Part shown: piece after piece, positions 37,001 through 51,529 of the stretch
Layout of the letters: each line of letters opens with the position of its first letter
How positions within the stretch are numbered: position 1 is the stretch's first letter
Assembly (NCBI RefSeq): GCF_009834535.1
Contig: NC_045696.1
Coordinates: forward strand, 119,042,001 to 119,106,000
DNA: 64,000 bases
Origin: Camelus ferus
Taxonomy: Eukaryota
Direction of reading: 5' to 3'
Position numbers and translations under genes: made by a program
Notes under the pieces: model-generated
The model's database searches: none
What the model was told of the DNA's origin: nothing
The model's input: only the letters and a program-made list of their open reading frames with translations

Positions 37001-38399
37001 ATAATCAGTAAATACATATGGGCCAACGAGGGGAAAAAGGGCCCATAATCCCCATGCCCAGAGAAAAACAGTTTATATTTTACTGTGTGGCTATAAATAT
37101 AGTGTGACTTTTTACAGAATTGTTTCATATTATACATATTTTAAAATCAGTTTCTTTTCACTGAATATATTAAAAAAATGTTCATGTCAGTAAATATATT
37201 TCTGTAACACTATTTCAGTGACAACATAATATTCCATTTTGTGGCTATATGATCATTTAAAATTTTTTTCTTTATTTCTTAAGTATCATAAACACCTACC
37301 AGATCTTTGCCCATATTGTATCCTTTATTATTTTTTTAAGATAAATCCCCAAACGTAGATTTCTGGCTCAATAAAAAGACACATCTTAAATACTTTCGAT
37401 ATATAATGTCAGATTGCTTTCCAGAAAGGTTCTACCAAATTAGAGAAATAAGTGCATTCCCCTGCATTCTTGCAGAGTATTGTATCTTTAAAAATATTTC
37501 CAATTTGGTAAAACCCCCTGTTGCAATTTGTATTTTTTAATTATTGGTTAATCTATTGGTAAAACTTTCTTTATATGTTTATTCTAATGATTTTTTGCTC
37601 ATGTGTTCCATTTTTCTGTTGAGGTGTTACTGTTTTGTTATTGATTTGTAAGTGTTCTTTACATGTTTTGGAGATTAATTCCTTATGATCATGTATATTG
37701 CAAATATTTTCTCCAATTTTTTAGTTGCCTTTAAACTTCTTATATACAGACATTTCTTTTTAATTTTATATAGTCAAATGTATCTAGCAATTTTTTTTCC
37801 TGGAATTTCTTCTCAGCAGTCATGCTTAGCCAGGCCTTCCCCACCCTAATATGACATAAATATATACTCATATTTTCTCCTAGTTATGTTGTGGTCTTGT
37901 CTTTTCATTTAAACATTTAATCCAGTTGTAATATATTTTGGTATGTTATTTTGTAGCCAGCTGTTCCCAGGCTATATAGTTAATCTATCTTCTCTGTTGC
38001 AATTGCTGGTCTAGTATACAGTAAGTTTTGATTTCTAGATTTCTGATCCAGTGATCTATTTTTTCATTCCTACGTTGGTAACAAACTTCCTAAATTATAG
38101 TATTTGGAAATACGTTTTACCATCTGGTAGGGCCTGTCCCCTTCCGTTTTAAAAACCTAGTCACAAACAGTTTCTTCCAGGAGAACTTAAAAATCAACTT
38201 GGCAAGTTAAAAAAAGTGAAGTCCCATTAAACGTTCAGGTTGATTTGAAAATAACTGGTATCTTGACAGCCCTGAGCCTTCTCGTTCGGGTGCATGATGT
38301 TTCCCTGCACTGTTTGAGTCTTCTTTCTTGTCTGGGTGGTATATTTCTGCTGTTTTTCGTCCTGAGTGTGCTATGATTTTTCCTCATTCTATTTGCCAA

Positions 38400-38915
38400 T
38401 TTTTATGGCTGAATATTATTCCATCGTATGTCTGTACCATCATTTATTTATCCATTTGTTGTTGGTGGACGTTTGGGCTGTTTCCACCTTTTGGCAGTTG
38501 TGAATAGCGCTGCCCTGGACGTTGTGCCCCTGTGCTTGTGTAAGTCTGTCCTCAGTTCGTTTGGGGACGTCCCTGGGAGTGGAATTGCAGGGTCATATGG
38601 AAATCCTATGTTGGCTGTTTGAGGAATTCCAAGCTGTTTTCCAAGCCACTGAACCACTTTGGAATCCCACCAGCAATGTACAAGTTCTAGTTGCCCCACA
38701 TTCTCACCAGTGCTGGTTATTTTTTTTTTTAATTGCCATCCCAGTGGGTGTTGAGGTGGCACCTCAGTGTGGCTTTAACTTGCATCCCCGTAGTGACGAA
38801 GGACGCTGGCGTCTGCTCATGTGTGCGCCGGCTCTTGTATATCTTCTTGGGAGAAATGTCTGTTCAGCTCCTTTGTCCATTTTTGAAGGAATTGTTTGTC
38901 TTTTTATTGTTGATT
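38400..38915 (-). mobile_element. Old L1 ORF2 fragment
   Basis: ORF remnants HCWWD...PYDPAIPLPG...AALFTTAKRWKQPK. Confidence 0.85.
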
Positions 38916-39029
38916 TCCTAACTTTTTGACGGGAAAAACTGCTAATTGAAAGTTGCTATTTCGCACAGAATACTTTCAAAAGCAAACTCTAGAAGACTCA
39001 ACACAAAATGACTTAAATGATTTTAAAAA

Positions 39030-39250
39030 ATGTTCAAATGTTTGCATGGTTACTACATGCCAGGTACTACTCTAGCATTTTCCATGTATTAATTTATTTA
39101 ATTCTAACAACACTACAGAGTAGGTACTGTCAGTATCTTCAGTTCACAAATCAGGAATTAGAGACTCAGAGAAGTTCAAATTCACACAATTGGTAAAGCT
39201 GGAATTTGAACCTGGGAAGTCTAGCTCTGCCATCTCAGGTCTGAGTGACT
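39030..39250. mobile_element. MIR-like SINE
   Basis: gagactcagagaagtt...ggaatttgaacctggg core. Similar MIR remnants near 34130-34290, 41330-41500, 42550-42630, 44910-45080 and 50100-50290. Confidence 0.6.
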
Positions 39251-40696
39251 CAGTAAATAAGAAAGATTTATTTTCTCACGTAGTAAGTCTTAGGGAGATG
39301 ATGCTAGCATTGGGTGGCTTAGCAGGAAAACATAATTCAGCACTCAGGATATTTCTATCTTCCTAACATGGAAAAGGCCATCCTACACATGCTGCCTTGG
39401 CCTCTCCTGGTCACAAAATGGCTGCAGTAGCTCTAAGCATCACATTCTTCCCCAGCAACATCCAAATGCCAGAAACAGCAGGTTTCTTCTTTTTTAAGAA
39501 TGGAGAAAACTTCCCTGGAAGTCTTTCTGGCCAACTTCTCATTGGCCCATGTTAAACCAGTCACTGACACGGCGGATGGAACTACAATTTGGGACATAGC
39601 TGAACCCAGATTTGTACCCTGACACTCCAGTGGGGACCAGCCTTCCCTGCACCACCTGCTGCTCAGCTCCTGAACAGAAGTGGTTTTCTTTTAACCAGGG
39701 AGTAGATCATGGCCCTTAGGTTGGTGACCTACAGCTTCTGCCTCGTTGTCACTTGCCTTTGTGGGTTTCAAAGCCAGTGACATTTTCTCTGTGGGCTGGT
39801 GACTCCTCACCCTTGATTGTTCCTAAACCCTCCCTCTGATTCCTTTTAGGCCACGGATGCAATGCACGCATGCGAATCTGAACTTCTGTCGCACGGCTGT
39901 TTGCAAAACCCTGTTTGCCAGCTTCTCTCCTGCCTCCATTTCCCTCTGCCCATCACAGGGGCACGTGTTTCTTTAGGTGACCTTTGTGTGTTCACGCTGA
40001 TTGCAGATTTAAACTGTAAGCCCCAACCCTCATAAAATCCTAGCTCCCCTATGTAAAAATCCCCCGAAGTAGTGCTTAATTTCACACGCTTGCCAAATCC
40101 TAAATCCAAAGGCAAAATCCAATATCCCTTTGTGCTGAAACTAAAGCTCTTGACTGTGGGGCACTCCTTCTAGCAGGGATTTAAATTAGGAGTCCCCCGG
40201 TATTTTAGGTGTCATCGCACTCTCCTGGCTAAAAGGACATGGACAAAGCTTTCTTCCACATTTACAAGGGTTGCAGACAACCTCTCCAAATAGCCAAAGT
40301 GAAGAAGTCCTGGACAAACCATTTTAATCCACATTCATACGGTGGATGCACTGCCTGGGAACGCCTGTGAATCTGCCTTCTCCTCATTCTCCTGCACACT
40401 GCCCCTGAGCCAATTTTAATGTAGTTCTGATAATGAAAACAAGAACAAACATGCTTAACCTTCACTTTTTGAAGATGAATGCTGACCACTTCAGAATCTG
40501 AGACAAAGCTCTATCAGCATCTGGTCACCGAGTCTACATGGTGACCTTTCTGCAGTCCCTTTAGGCCTCTGCCAGGTGGCTGCCATCCCACAGAAAGCAA
40601 ACTCAAGTCCTGAAGCTGCTGGGAGTGAATTTCTTGTTACAAGGTGGTAGGGAGTGTCCCATCACAGGAAGGACCCAAGCAGAGTAGCTGAGCTTT

Positions 40697-41219
40697 TGTT
40701 ACCGAGTCCGAACTCGTTCTGCTCGCCACACGCCAGGGCAGTAAATCGGGAGACCAGGTGGCAGGACAAGGAACAAAGACTTTATTCGGAAAGCCGTCAG
40801 ACTGAGAAGCTAGGGGACTAGTTTCTTGGAAAACCATCTTCCCAAGTCAGAATTCAGGCTCCTTTTACACTAAGGGTAAGGGGTGTGGCTGGTTGTTGCA
40901 AACATCGTTGGTGTTGCAAACGTCGTTGGTGTCGCAATCCTTTTTTCCTGTAGGTCAGGTCATGATGTTCCTGCAAACCTCCAACAAGGCAAATGTTATT
41001 TTCTATTCTGCAACTTTTTATCTCTATACGAATGGGAAAGTGTTACACCCTTAAAGGTCAGAGCCTTGAGAACGGGCTCTCCTGTGTATTTCAGGCTCTA
41101 GGCAATGTTCTTTTACAGAAGGTGCACAACCAGCAGGACTGAGCCCAGGAAACAGAGCACAGGGTTTGCGCCAAAGGAACAGGTCTAATATGAAGTCAGA
41201 TTTATTCTTCCCTACTATA
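40697..41219 (-). mobile_element. ERV1-class solo LTR (~523 bp), 4-bp TSD CTTT
   Basis: Starts TGTTAC; TSD cttt at 40693-40696 and 41220-41223; AATAAA on the minus strand at 40781-40786; the far terminus reads TA rather than CA. Confidence 0.75.
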
Positions 41220-43982
41220 CTTTTGTCCAGATTCCTGAATTCGGAGAGGCTGAACATAAAGAATAGATTTAAGATCTCTCCCAAAGGAGTCTAAGATGAG
41301 TCAGGAAAAACTATGTGTATACGGTGCTTTACAAATCATAGAACCCTTAGACACATTTTGTCTCATTTCAGCTTCAAACAACCGTATCAGGTAGGCAGGT
41401 TTACTATTTTCATTTTAGATATGGAGAAACCAAGGTTTGGATAGAGGTTAAGCGATTTCTCCGGGTTGGCACATTTAGAAAGTGGGTGGTCTCAGAACCC
41501 CGGGGTCAGAGACACGGCTGCACTCAGGACAAGGGACAGGCTGTCACCGTGCATGGCTGGGGCCTTGTCAGGAGGCAGCCACACAGAGAAATGCCTGCTC
41601 TGGCCCGGGCCTTTCTCCTACATCCTAGGCTGGCCCCCCCGCAAAGTTGTGTGTCTTCAGGGCCCCTTAGGGATCCTCTGTCGGTTAGTATAGTTCGGAG
41701 CTGCCCTGTGTCCTCAGATGTAAAGTTTGTGAAGCTCACGGTTGAAACTTACCTGATAGTTCAGCCCATTCCTGGGGTGTTTCCTCTTTCAAAGGACCAG
41801 GGGCAGAGGCACCCTAAGAGTGGGGCTGTCGGGTGGGCCCTCGGCGTGGGAGAAGGGGTTACTTATGCTCCGCGGGGTCTTTCTAGGCTGCCCACCCGGC
41901 CACTCCGCCTAGTTGATTGTGTGTGAGCACAAAGGACAATACCACCGCGTGGTGGGGAAAGAATGCTGGGGGAGGGGCCAGGATGTCCGCTTCAGCCCCC
42001 CACAGCCCCCAGCCCGCTGTAGACAGAGGACAAATCCCCTTGTGTCAGGGCCTGGGAACGGAGCTTTCTTCCACGTGGTTCTTCCTATCGGAGTTTGCCC
42101 TATTCTGGTAATTCAATGGGAAATGCATCCACCCAGGAGTCTGGGCTGGCCCCGAAAAGGAAGGTAAATATAACAAAGAGAAAGTCATTGCCAATTTTAG
42201 AGCCCGTGTGTTTGCAAGAATAAACAGCGGAGTGGGAAAATGGCGTTTCACCACACGTGGTAGCTAAACAGGCAGTAGTCCAAGCCAGAAATCAGCTTTG
42301 CATCTTTTTCCCATTTGGGTTGGCCAGTGCGGATAAAGGAGGGGGAAGCAAGTATACACGGATGCCTTTAAATATGATATCTCTGGGTAAAAAAAAAAAA
42401 ATTAAGTCTTGCTATTCCTAACGCACCAGGAAGTAGTTCCATTTTCATTGAACCTGGGAGATTTTTTCTCTCTCTGCCTAAATATCTTTGACTGCATACT
42501 ACAAGGTTTGGGCCTGTTGGCAATAGGTTTTCTGACTCTGAGGGCCTGACGAAACTGATGTGCAGAGAGAGGTTAAGTGACTTGCCCAGGGCTGCACAGC
42601 TTGGACACGTGGAGTCGGGACTCTCGCCCAGGCCCCTGACCACCCCAGTCCAGCGGATTAAGGCAGAGGGGGGCAAGGCACCCCAATACAGAGCAGGATA
42701 AATACGCTGATACTAACATGATATTTCACCCCACGCAGTTCTTCTATGCAAACTACACTGCAGGCACCTGCTGGCTCAGAGGAAGGATGCTCAGAAGTAA
42801 ATGTTTTCAGGGCTTGAGGGATACAGGCTCTTAAAAATCTGAGCTCGAAAGGAATGAAAGCCCTAAATTTATGCCAGAAACAATAGACTTGGAAGAATAA
42901 GTGAGTTTGCAAGAGCGGGTCCTTCTCACTCCAGAGAGCAGGAAAGAGAGGGGAGAGTCTGGATGTTCATACCTCTCACTGAGAAAGGCGGCTTGGGCAG
43001 GTACATTTCACACCCACCCACGGGGGATGTGGGCATCGCATGCTTCACAGCGGCCTTGGAGACGAGCAGGGCCAGAGGGGAGGTCTTCATGAACCAGGGA
43101 CATGAAGGACACTGCCCTTCCTTGCAGGCTCTGTCACCACGTCAGCCCCTGGAGTGCAGACTCAGCCCTGGGAGCGATGGAGCCGAAATATGCTTGGAAC
43201 CATCCACAGTTGCCACTGTGTGTTTAGAAATGATCAAACAGCAGCGATCTGATACTGTTCAGTGTCATGTCATAGGAACCCCAGGACTGCCTGCGATTCA
43301 GTGTCTATCACCCAGCAGAAGGGGGCTTTGGAAGGGCAAACAAATTCAGCCGCGGTCCAACAAAGACACTTGGACTTCTCCCCGCTGCCCGAGGGCTGCT
43401 CTGCTCTTACACCAACACCAGTGGTTCCTGAGATGCCCAGTGGTTCAGCAGTCCTTCTCCACGAGGAGATTGGGACGTCTCTAAGACACTCCACTCTGCT
43501 CCAGTTAACATGGGGTCTCCTCCACAACCTGCCATTTCAGACTGACACACCGTTTCCCGTGTTTTGGTGGAGCATGCCTGACACAGGGAAAACTCTCTCT
43601 CCTTACAGTTCAATCCAGTTTAAAGTCTTATCGGTGTCACAGGTGAGCACAGGATTGGAGGAGTGTGGGTCATTTCAGAACACGAGCAGGAGCCCACACG
43701 TCCTCACTGCCGCTTTGCAAGTGGGTTGAGTTTTGCTGTGGGCGTCTGACTGGGGTGAGGTGAGCAGGCGTGGTCTCCGCTGGCTGAGGACCTTGCTGGG
43801 AGACTCACTGGCACATGTTCCTCCCGGTGTGACACTTAGGGTGATAGGTAACCACAGGAGCCTGGGAAGAGCTGAGGAAGTGATCACTGGAGAGGTGGGA
43901 AGGCACTGCTTCTCCAGAAGAAGCCAGCCTGGGTGTGGTGCTGTGAATTGCACAGCCAGGGGAACAGGACAGCACTCCTGGA

Positions 43983-44556
43983 CAGTGGTTCTCAAATTGC
44001 ATGCCGAGGCACCCTGAGATGCCGCAGTAAACACAAAGGAGCACTGAAGGATGGTTTTGATTTTTTTTTTTTTTTTTTTGGTTTAGATTTTTGAGGGAAA
44101 TGCATTAGCCTCTTAGGTCCTGACTAAAACTACTAGCTCGAAATAGCTCACATTTCAACATTAGATCATGACATCATGTCTTTGTGAAGCTGGGTTGCAG
44201 ATGGTTGCTTTGATAAAAAGCATGCATTGTGCAAAAATCAGCAGGGGCTAGGAAGTAATGATGGTATCCAGTCCGAGTCCAAGGATGGAGACCTTGTGCC
44301 ATGCCCAGCAGGCACACACGTACCATTAGTAAGCAATTGTGGTTATTTAAAAATGAAAGAAAATAGTATTTATTTTGATCTGTTTGTATGATTTTTTTTC
44401 CAAATAGCTGCTGAGTTATTTTAAGACAGACATGCTTAAATCATTTGAAACTGACTAATTCATAGACAAATCTTTAGGGTGTTTCTTTTGACCTGTGGGT
44501 GAAAAATTCCTGAGATGTTAAGGGAGCTGTGAAGCAAGAAAATTGGGGAATCTCTG
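43983..44556. mobile_element. hAT-Charlie-like DNA transposon derivative
   Basis: Imperfect TIRs cagtggttctcaaa / attggggaatctctg; degraded 8-bp TSD (ctcctgga/ccccagaa). Confidence 0.6.
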
Positions 44557-47500
44557 CCCCAGAAGGTGGGCAAGCTAAAATGAACCTGGGTCCCTAGAGG
44601 AATTGCCCTGAGTTGCCCACTACCCTAGATGGTCATTTGGGGGAAACAAACTCTATTTTGTTTGTGCCTTTGTAGTTGGGGTCTCTTTGTTACAGCAGCT
44701 TAGCCTGTTTCCTTGCTGATACAGTGGGGCTCAGTAAACATTTGTTGATGAATAGACTTGGCGTTGATTTCCTCTATAGTTTCTTATTTTGGATTTGCTT
44801 CTGGAACAGTAATAAAATAAGTGAGTTATGAAAAAACACATATATATATAAAACAACAAGGGGCCATGTGAAGTGAAAGGGAGAGAAGAATGGACACTCA
44901 CTGGTTATTTGAGCTAGGGTAAGTTCCTTGAATGTCAGGTTCCTCATCTATAAAATGGGAATAATTCATCTACCTTACAGTGGTGGAAACTGGAATAATT
45001 TATACCTTATGGTGAGGGAAACTGGGTAAGGTAATAATCATGAAAACATTTTAAGGGGTATTATATAAATAGTTAGTCTTCATTATTGTGGCATTTATGA
45101 AGATACTGATGACTCAAGGATTATGTAAAGGGGTCTTTTCATAGGCGGGAAAGCCCGAGTTAGGGCAGTCTAAATAATTGACTTTCTTCTTCTTTAAATC
45201 AAACTTTATTTGCTCAAAAGCAGTTAAGCACTGCCATTTAGGGCTAAATTTTAACAAGTAAAGAATCGTTTATCCCTTGAAAGTAAAATTCCAGCCCAAA
45301 TAACTGACCTACTTATATGGTGAGACTACCAATACATTCATTGGGATTCCAAAAACGTGTAATTCTCTAAAGTAGTTAAGCCATTTTCTGTTGTACAGAG
45401 ACCTTGCATTTATTAGAAATGAATAAATGTCTTTCTTGTCTTTGTCAACACCATTGTTAAACTCCACTCCACCCCTGTCTGAGTTCTAATATTGTATTAA
45501 TGGGATCTGATTTGATCACTGTTTTGGATAAATCAGTCAGATCTAAGGAACCCAGGAAAGAACAACTTGGGAGGGGGACCTGGACGGGACACTGGTCATT
45601 CAGAGGCTGTCCGGCATCCACTCCCCTCTGTGACCATCCTCTCAGGGATCTTCCATCATGGGGGGTCTGAGAGGGAGGAACACAGTCAGGGAACAAGGTC
45701 CTGCCCCTTGGGCTCAGCCTGCCCTCCAAGTTCAGAATCCTGAAAACCATGGGGCAGGTGGTGGTCCTGGTGCATTGCAGGCTGAGGAGGGGTGTGGACC
45801 AGATGGTTTCCTGGGATGTGGTCCTTTTCACAGCCCCCTTGGTTCTGGGACCCCAATCTACCATCAAGTCAGTGAGCCCCAGATGTCTTTCCAATTACAC
45901 CCCTTTCTGTCCAAGAGAGCCAGAAGCAGGGTTTTTTTTTAACTTGTAAATAATAAGATATTTATCTAAATCTAGTACAAGCAGCCTCACTAATATGCCC
46001 TTTTCTGAACAGTTTTTCATCCACAAACACTTGTTGAGCTTAATCTAAGGTGTTATTGGTGCTAAGTGTTTAGCAAGAAGGAAATCAGAGTGATTGCAGA
46101 AACAAGAGCAGGCATCCCTGTTTTGATCTAGAATTCCTGAGTTGCAGATTTACGACGTATCTGGAAAAAGTCTGTGTTCTCTTAATACATAGCCGTGTTT
46201 CCATAATTGATATAGTATGCCTTCTTCATGCTCTTCATCTGTGTGTGGCTGCAAAGATTATAAAGGAAAGTTTCTCTTCCCAAAGGAGAACTCCTTTACG
46301 GAAAATTGTCTTTTTTTAAAAAAACCACAATCAGGCTTCTGATTGTCTGTTTATCTCCCTTTACTAAAACCTCACAGGCATTCTTTATTCTGACACTTAC
46401 AACTCTGAGTAAGAACACCATCCGTCTTGGGAGAAAAAAACGTAAAGAGATGGTTTCTTTCCCAAATATGCTTACTGTTCAATTTAAAGTGTGTCTGTGG
46501 TGGAGAAGGCGGGGGTTGGGGGGAGTGGTGGTTTCTTCTTGAAACATTTGAGAGGCTAGTTATTCAGCACTGTCTATTTTCAATAACCTTTGTCATCTGA
46601 AGTTATGAAGAATGTAGGTCTTTGGGAGTTGACTTTCTTGATGCTGGAGGTATATCCTAAGGAAATAGACGTAACGGCCAAATGGCTATATTTCAGCTGT
46701 GATGTTTGCTCTGAAGAAGAGACTAATTAGGAATGCAATTCTGTCTTCTTGCGCATGGCATTATTTACCTTACCTTCTTAATTTCTGATTGAGTTTTGTC
46801 TGTGCCGATCGCTGAGTTCAGTCATTTCCCCCTGGATTTCTACTTCCCTCCAACTCTACTGCCACCATCTTGGTCCAGGTTTTTGCCACCTTCTGCTCAT
46901 ATTAACACAAGCTTTTATCTGCTGTCATTGTCTCCAATCTCACCTCCCACTGCCAGTCTCCATTTTCAATAGCTAGAGAGATCTGCTAAACCCACGAATC
47001 TGGTCATTTTGTCCTCTGTTACATATCACTCAATGTCTTCTCATTGTCTTAGGATGAAAAATAAACTCCTTCACCGGCTGAAAAGTACAACTTAATCACT
47101 TTATTTTTAGCGTTAAAAAAAACAAAGACCCTGAAAGATGAAAGGATCTTATAGTTCATTATTTCAAGCAAATTCACCAGAGCTGGATTTTTAAAATTTG
47201 TAACTTGCCAATATCCTCATCTTTCAATAACTCTTGATTAGTCAATGAATCTGTCAGATTTCACACTTTTGACAAGGACAAAAAAAAAAAACCCTCAAAT
47301 GGTGAAGAAACAGAAATGCCTGGTTCACTGGAAAGAAGATGTTGACATTAAGCAAAAATGTTTAAGTTGGCGAAAATTAGAGCCAAGAAAGAGTGGAGGA
47401 AAGAGCCAAGCCTGTCCATCAGGGGTGTCTGGGACGTGCCCACAGCCAGACTGGAACAGACAATCCCCGAAGCTGAAAGATGTGTGGGCAAAATGTAACT

Positions 47501-50296
47501 CTGACCTTGCGTCACTCTTTTTTAAAGGGAAATGGGTGTGTGTGAGTGTGTGTGTCTGGATCAGTGGGAAGTAAAAACAATATAAGATTTTAGAATGAAA
47601 TTGTTCAGACCGCCATAGCTTCCTGTGAACGTACATCCTAAGAACACTGGGAGCCAGAGGGAGAGCGTTAATGTCAGAAAGGAACAGCTCTAAGGACCCT
47701 GACTTCAGGTGACTCAACCATTGGGTGGCTCCCCCCAGAGTCCCAGTCTACCTACAAGAAAAGGCTCGTGCAAAACTCTGCTTTTGTATTCCCCTGGCAA
47801 GAAGTGATGGATCAATCTACAGAGATCCACTGCTTGCTGAAGGTTGAGGTCCCAGAGATCTGTCAAATGACAGGGCTGGCCGTGAAAATTCTTTCATCTG
47901 TGCTGGGGATGCATTCTTTAGAGAGCCCATGACATCACCATTGTTTTCTGGAGGAAAGGTCTGGAGACTATGACATATTGGGCACGTCCCATGAACCACA
48001 CTATAGACTGTGATTTATTATGGCGTTGTGGTTATTCCCATTTTAAAGATGGAAAGATGGAGTCTTCAGATTGACACCTGCTGTTACCTCCATGCTCAGC
48101 ATCCTCCCCCTTGGTTTCTGGTTTTCTTTGAAAGTCATGCCTTCCCCAGTCTTGGTGGGGGGTTGAGGGGAGGCTGCCACCCATGGTATCCTAATCTTTT
48201 CTAGCCAGTCCCATGCTCTTCCCCAAGCATCCCAGTCTTGGTAAAGTATCACATGGATGGAAAATGTGATAAATTTTCTGCTAAAATGTCTGCTCCCGTG
48301 ATCCCTGCCTATCCTTTCTGAGATCTGGTTCTTCAGCTTGTCTTCTTTGTACTTCCTTTCTGGCCTCAGTTGTCCAGAGTCCTTCTCTGTTGCTTGTGAT
48401 CAGAGAGCCATGGCTGAAGCTGGAGGGCCAGCAGCTTCCTCAGACACATTCCCACTGCTCACCCCTAGGCATTCTGCCCCCTGTCCTTGCTGCCTGTGGT
48501 CATGATCTGCATGCCCTGTGCGCGTGATGCACGTAGGGTCGGACTCTTTTCCACACGAAGAGAGTGGACTCCAGGGTGCTTGCTGCGCTCCCTGCCGGGC
48601 ACAGCTGCCCCCATTCACGGCCGCGGGTTTGTGTTTCTCAGTACAGCTGCGCTGCAGGCGAGCTGAGGTCCCATCTCAGCGCGCTCTGAAGGTGGCCTCC
48701 ACGTTCCCACCCGCTGAACTGCTTCTGCGTCTGACTCTCCACCGGGAGCATCACGAGACTAGCTCTGGAAGTTCCCGTTGAGTAGAGCAAAGCAAGGGGT
48801 TTAACTCTCGCGTGGCAGGAGGTGTGTATACATACCACAGTGTCTACTGATGATCCAATGCTTTATCTAACGCTCTCAATGAAATGCGATTCATCACAAG
48901 AGCACGTGTATACATCTGAAAACTAGTGGTATAACCCTGTGGGAGACACGTTAGAGACTGAGTTTATGGACAGTAAAGCTTGTGGGTGGATTTGAGGACC
49001 TCTTTGCACAAACTCTGTGCATCCCCACCCACAAAATCCTCACGGCCGACAAGCGAGGAACCAGCGCAATAATCCACGCGGTATTGGTTATCACAGCAGG
49101 ACTCATGCATCAGAGCGCCGGGGCCTCGGGGAGCAGCAGCTGGACGGAGAAGTTGTGCTGGGCTTGCCCTGCGAAACAGACCCGTAGGGCACTCAGGTCC
49201 TGCAGGCACCTTGGAGAGGGTGTTTGACTTGGGTTGGGGGCAGCTTTGAAAACAAATTTTGCCACCTTATGGTTTGCTTGGATTTCTTTGAGCCAATTCT
49301 CTTTGAGAATGAGCAGTGGAAACTTAGCGAGTACAAGTCCTGCTTTTAGGAACTCCACATTTCTTGTTCAAACTGCCTTGTGCTTGAGAACTTGGGCCAG
49401 CAGCTGGGGTTTGGCAACCGTGCCCTGTACGCTTCAGATCTGGTGGAGTCTAAGGTGCAGTTGACTGGATGAGAGATTTGTGCGGGCAGGGGGAGTGGGG
49501 GGAGGAACCCCAGTCTGCAAGGAGAAAAGGGATGTTTGTTTAGTCTTTTAGGGGATGTAAGGCTAGAGGGACGGACCCCGTGGAATTGACTGAAGCAACC
49601 ACAGCTGATGTTGGAGTCAGGAAAGGCCCATAGCGGGGCTCCCGTCCCGTCACACATCATCAATTACTCCAAACAGGGAGAGACTTGGGCCCTCTGACGC
49701 CATCAGGGAGGTGCTTCTACCTACTCTCCAGCAGGAAGAACTCTTCTCTCTGCCCTAGGCCTGCCCAGGCAATCAGAGACGTAGCAGCCCAACCAATGAG
49801 ACACCTCCATGCTTTGCAACCCCGGTTCCTCCGATGGACTCTCTGGTTATCACAGCCCTGCCAGCTCCCCCTTTCCCTCTATAAAAGTGAGTTCCCCTTT
49901 CCGATTCTTTAGCTTTGCCTGTGTCCACAGCTCCTGAACTGCAGTTCCTCTGGCTATATCCAAATAAACCCACTCTTGCTGGTAACATAACTGGCTATTA
50001 TTTAAGCTGACAGCCCCAAATGGAAGAAAGAATGCTATGGAAGAGGGGAAATAATTAGGGTGTGACTCCAGCCCAGCCCCAGAGACTAATAATAAAAGCC
50101 AGCATTTACTGATCACTTAGTCAGTGGCAGGCCCAGTCCAGCACCTCACTTAGCCCTCGCAATGAAATTACTGCTGTCTCCATCTTAGGAGAAACGGAGC
50201 TTTAGGATGGTAAGTAATTTTCTCAGAGTCACTATCCAGATCTGTGGCTCTTGGGGACCTTCTTCATGTGTAAAATGGAGATGGCAATCCCTCTTA

Positions 50297-50770
50297 TGTC
50301 AGGATTAGATTCTGCCAGAATGACAGAAAACACAGACTAATTAATAGTAGCTTAAACAAGAGAAGTGTATTTTTTCCTCACATAAACTTTGGAGATGCAC
50401 AGTTCAGAACTTGTATGGTGGCTCCATGGTGATCAAATACCCAAACTTTCTATGTATTTGTTCTGCCATTTTCTCCACGTTTCTTCTACCTCATAGTCCT
50501 ATATGGCTGCTCTAGCTCCAGCCATCACATCTGCTTCCATTCATTGGGAAGGAGGAAGGAGTAAAAGAGCACACCCCTCCTTTTAAGATGACTTTCTTCC
50601 TGGAAGTTGCACATGCCCCTTCTGTTTACATTCCATTGGTCGGAACTTAGCAAATGCCAAACCTAGCTACAAAGGAAGCTGAGAATTGTTTTGCTTCTGT
50701 GAGGCCACATGTCTTGCAAAAAATTGGGAGTTCCATTACTAAAAAGGAAGGGGAGACTGGATATTGAAGC
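50297..50770 (-). mobile_element. MLT1-type MaLR LTR
   Basis: agcttaaacaaga..., atggctgctctagctccagccatcacatctg, cattggtcggaacttag motifs. Confidence 0.65.
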
Positions 50771-51529
50771 TGCTTGTAAGATGAAATGAGTTAAATGTAG
50801 GTACGTTGTCCAGCTGAGGGTCTCCTGGCACTGAGTGTATACTAGACAAACACTAGTTGTAAATCTTTCTTTCCTTCCTTTACAGATTTCCTATAAAACA
50901 TTCCTGTAAGACATTCCAATTTGGCCGTATCTGCTTTTATATATGAACAAAAAGCTGATCAAATACTTACCTTTTGAGGCTCTTATTCTTTTCTAATTTT
51001 TGTAATTTTGTTACAGCAAACATTTTTTTTTAATGCATCATTAATTTTTTTACATTGCTTGCTGTTCCTGAAGGTTTCTTAGAATCTTAGAATCCTTGGC
51101 TTCCGCAACTTTCTGTTATTGTAATTAAGGCCCATCCCAGAAGGCAAATAAAAATGGCATCAGTGTCATCATAAAGTGATAACTGAAAAAACAAAATATT
51201 GCGCTCATCTTTTCTTGGCCTTGAGATCACTATTGACATTCCTGCCACTTTCCAAATGGCGAAGGTCTGCCAGGTACAAGCTGTAGAGCTTGGGCAATTC
51301 ACCCCCTACCCTAAGCCTCAGCTTGCTAGTCTAGAAGACGAGGCCATTTCTCCCATCTAGAAATGGATGGGAGAGACACTCTCCACGGACACCTGGCACA
51401 CTGGCTGGCTGCCACACGGGGAAATTGTTCTTTGCTCATGTGGCGGTCCAAAAAGCCATCAGGCTTAGCTGGAGATTTTGATGGAGGCTTCAAGTTCACG
51501 GCATTTTAGCTTTTGTTATCATAAAAAGT

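Noticed and set aside
41466..44044. Cluster of 100-170 aa ORFs in a GC-richer interval
   Set aside because: No domain similarity or exon chain; consistent with random ORFs.
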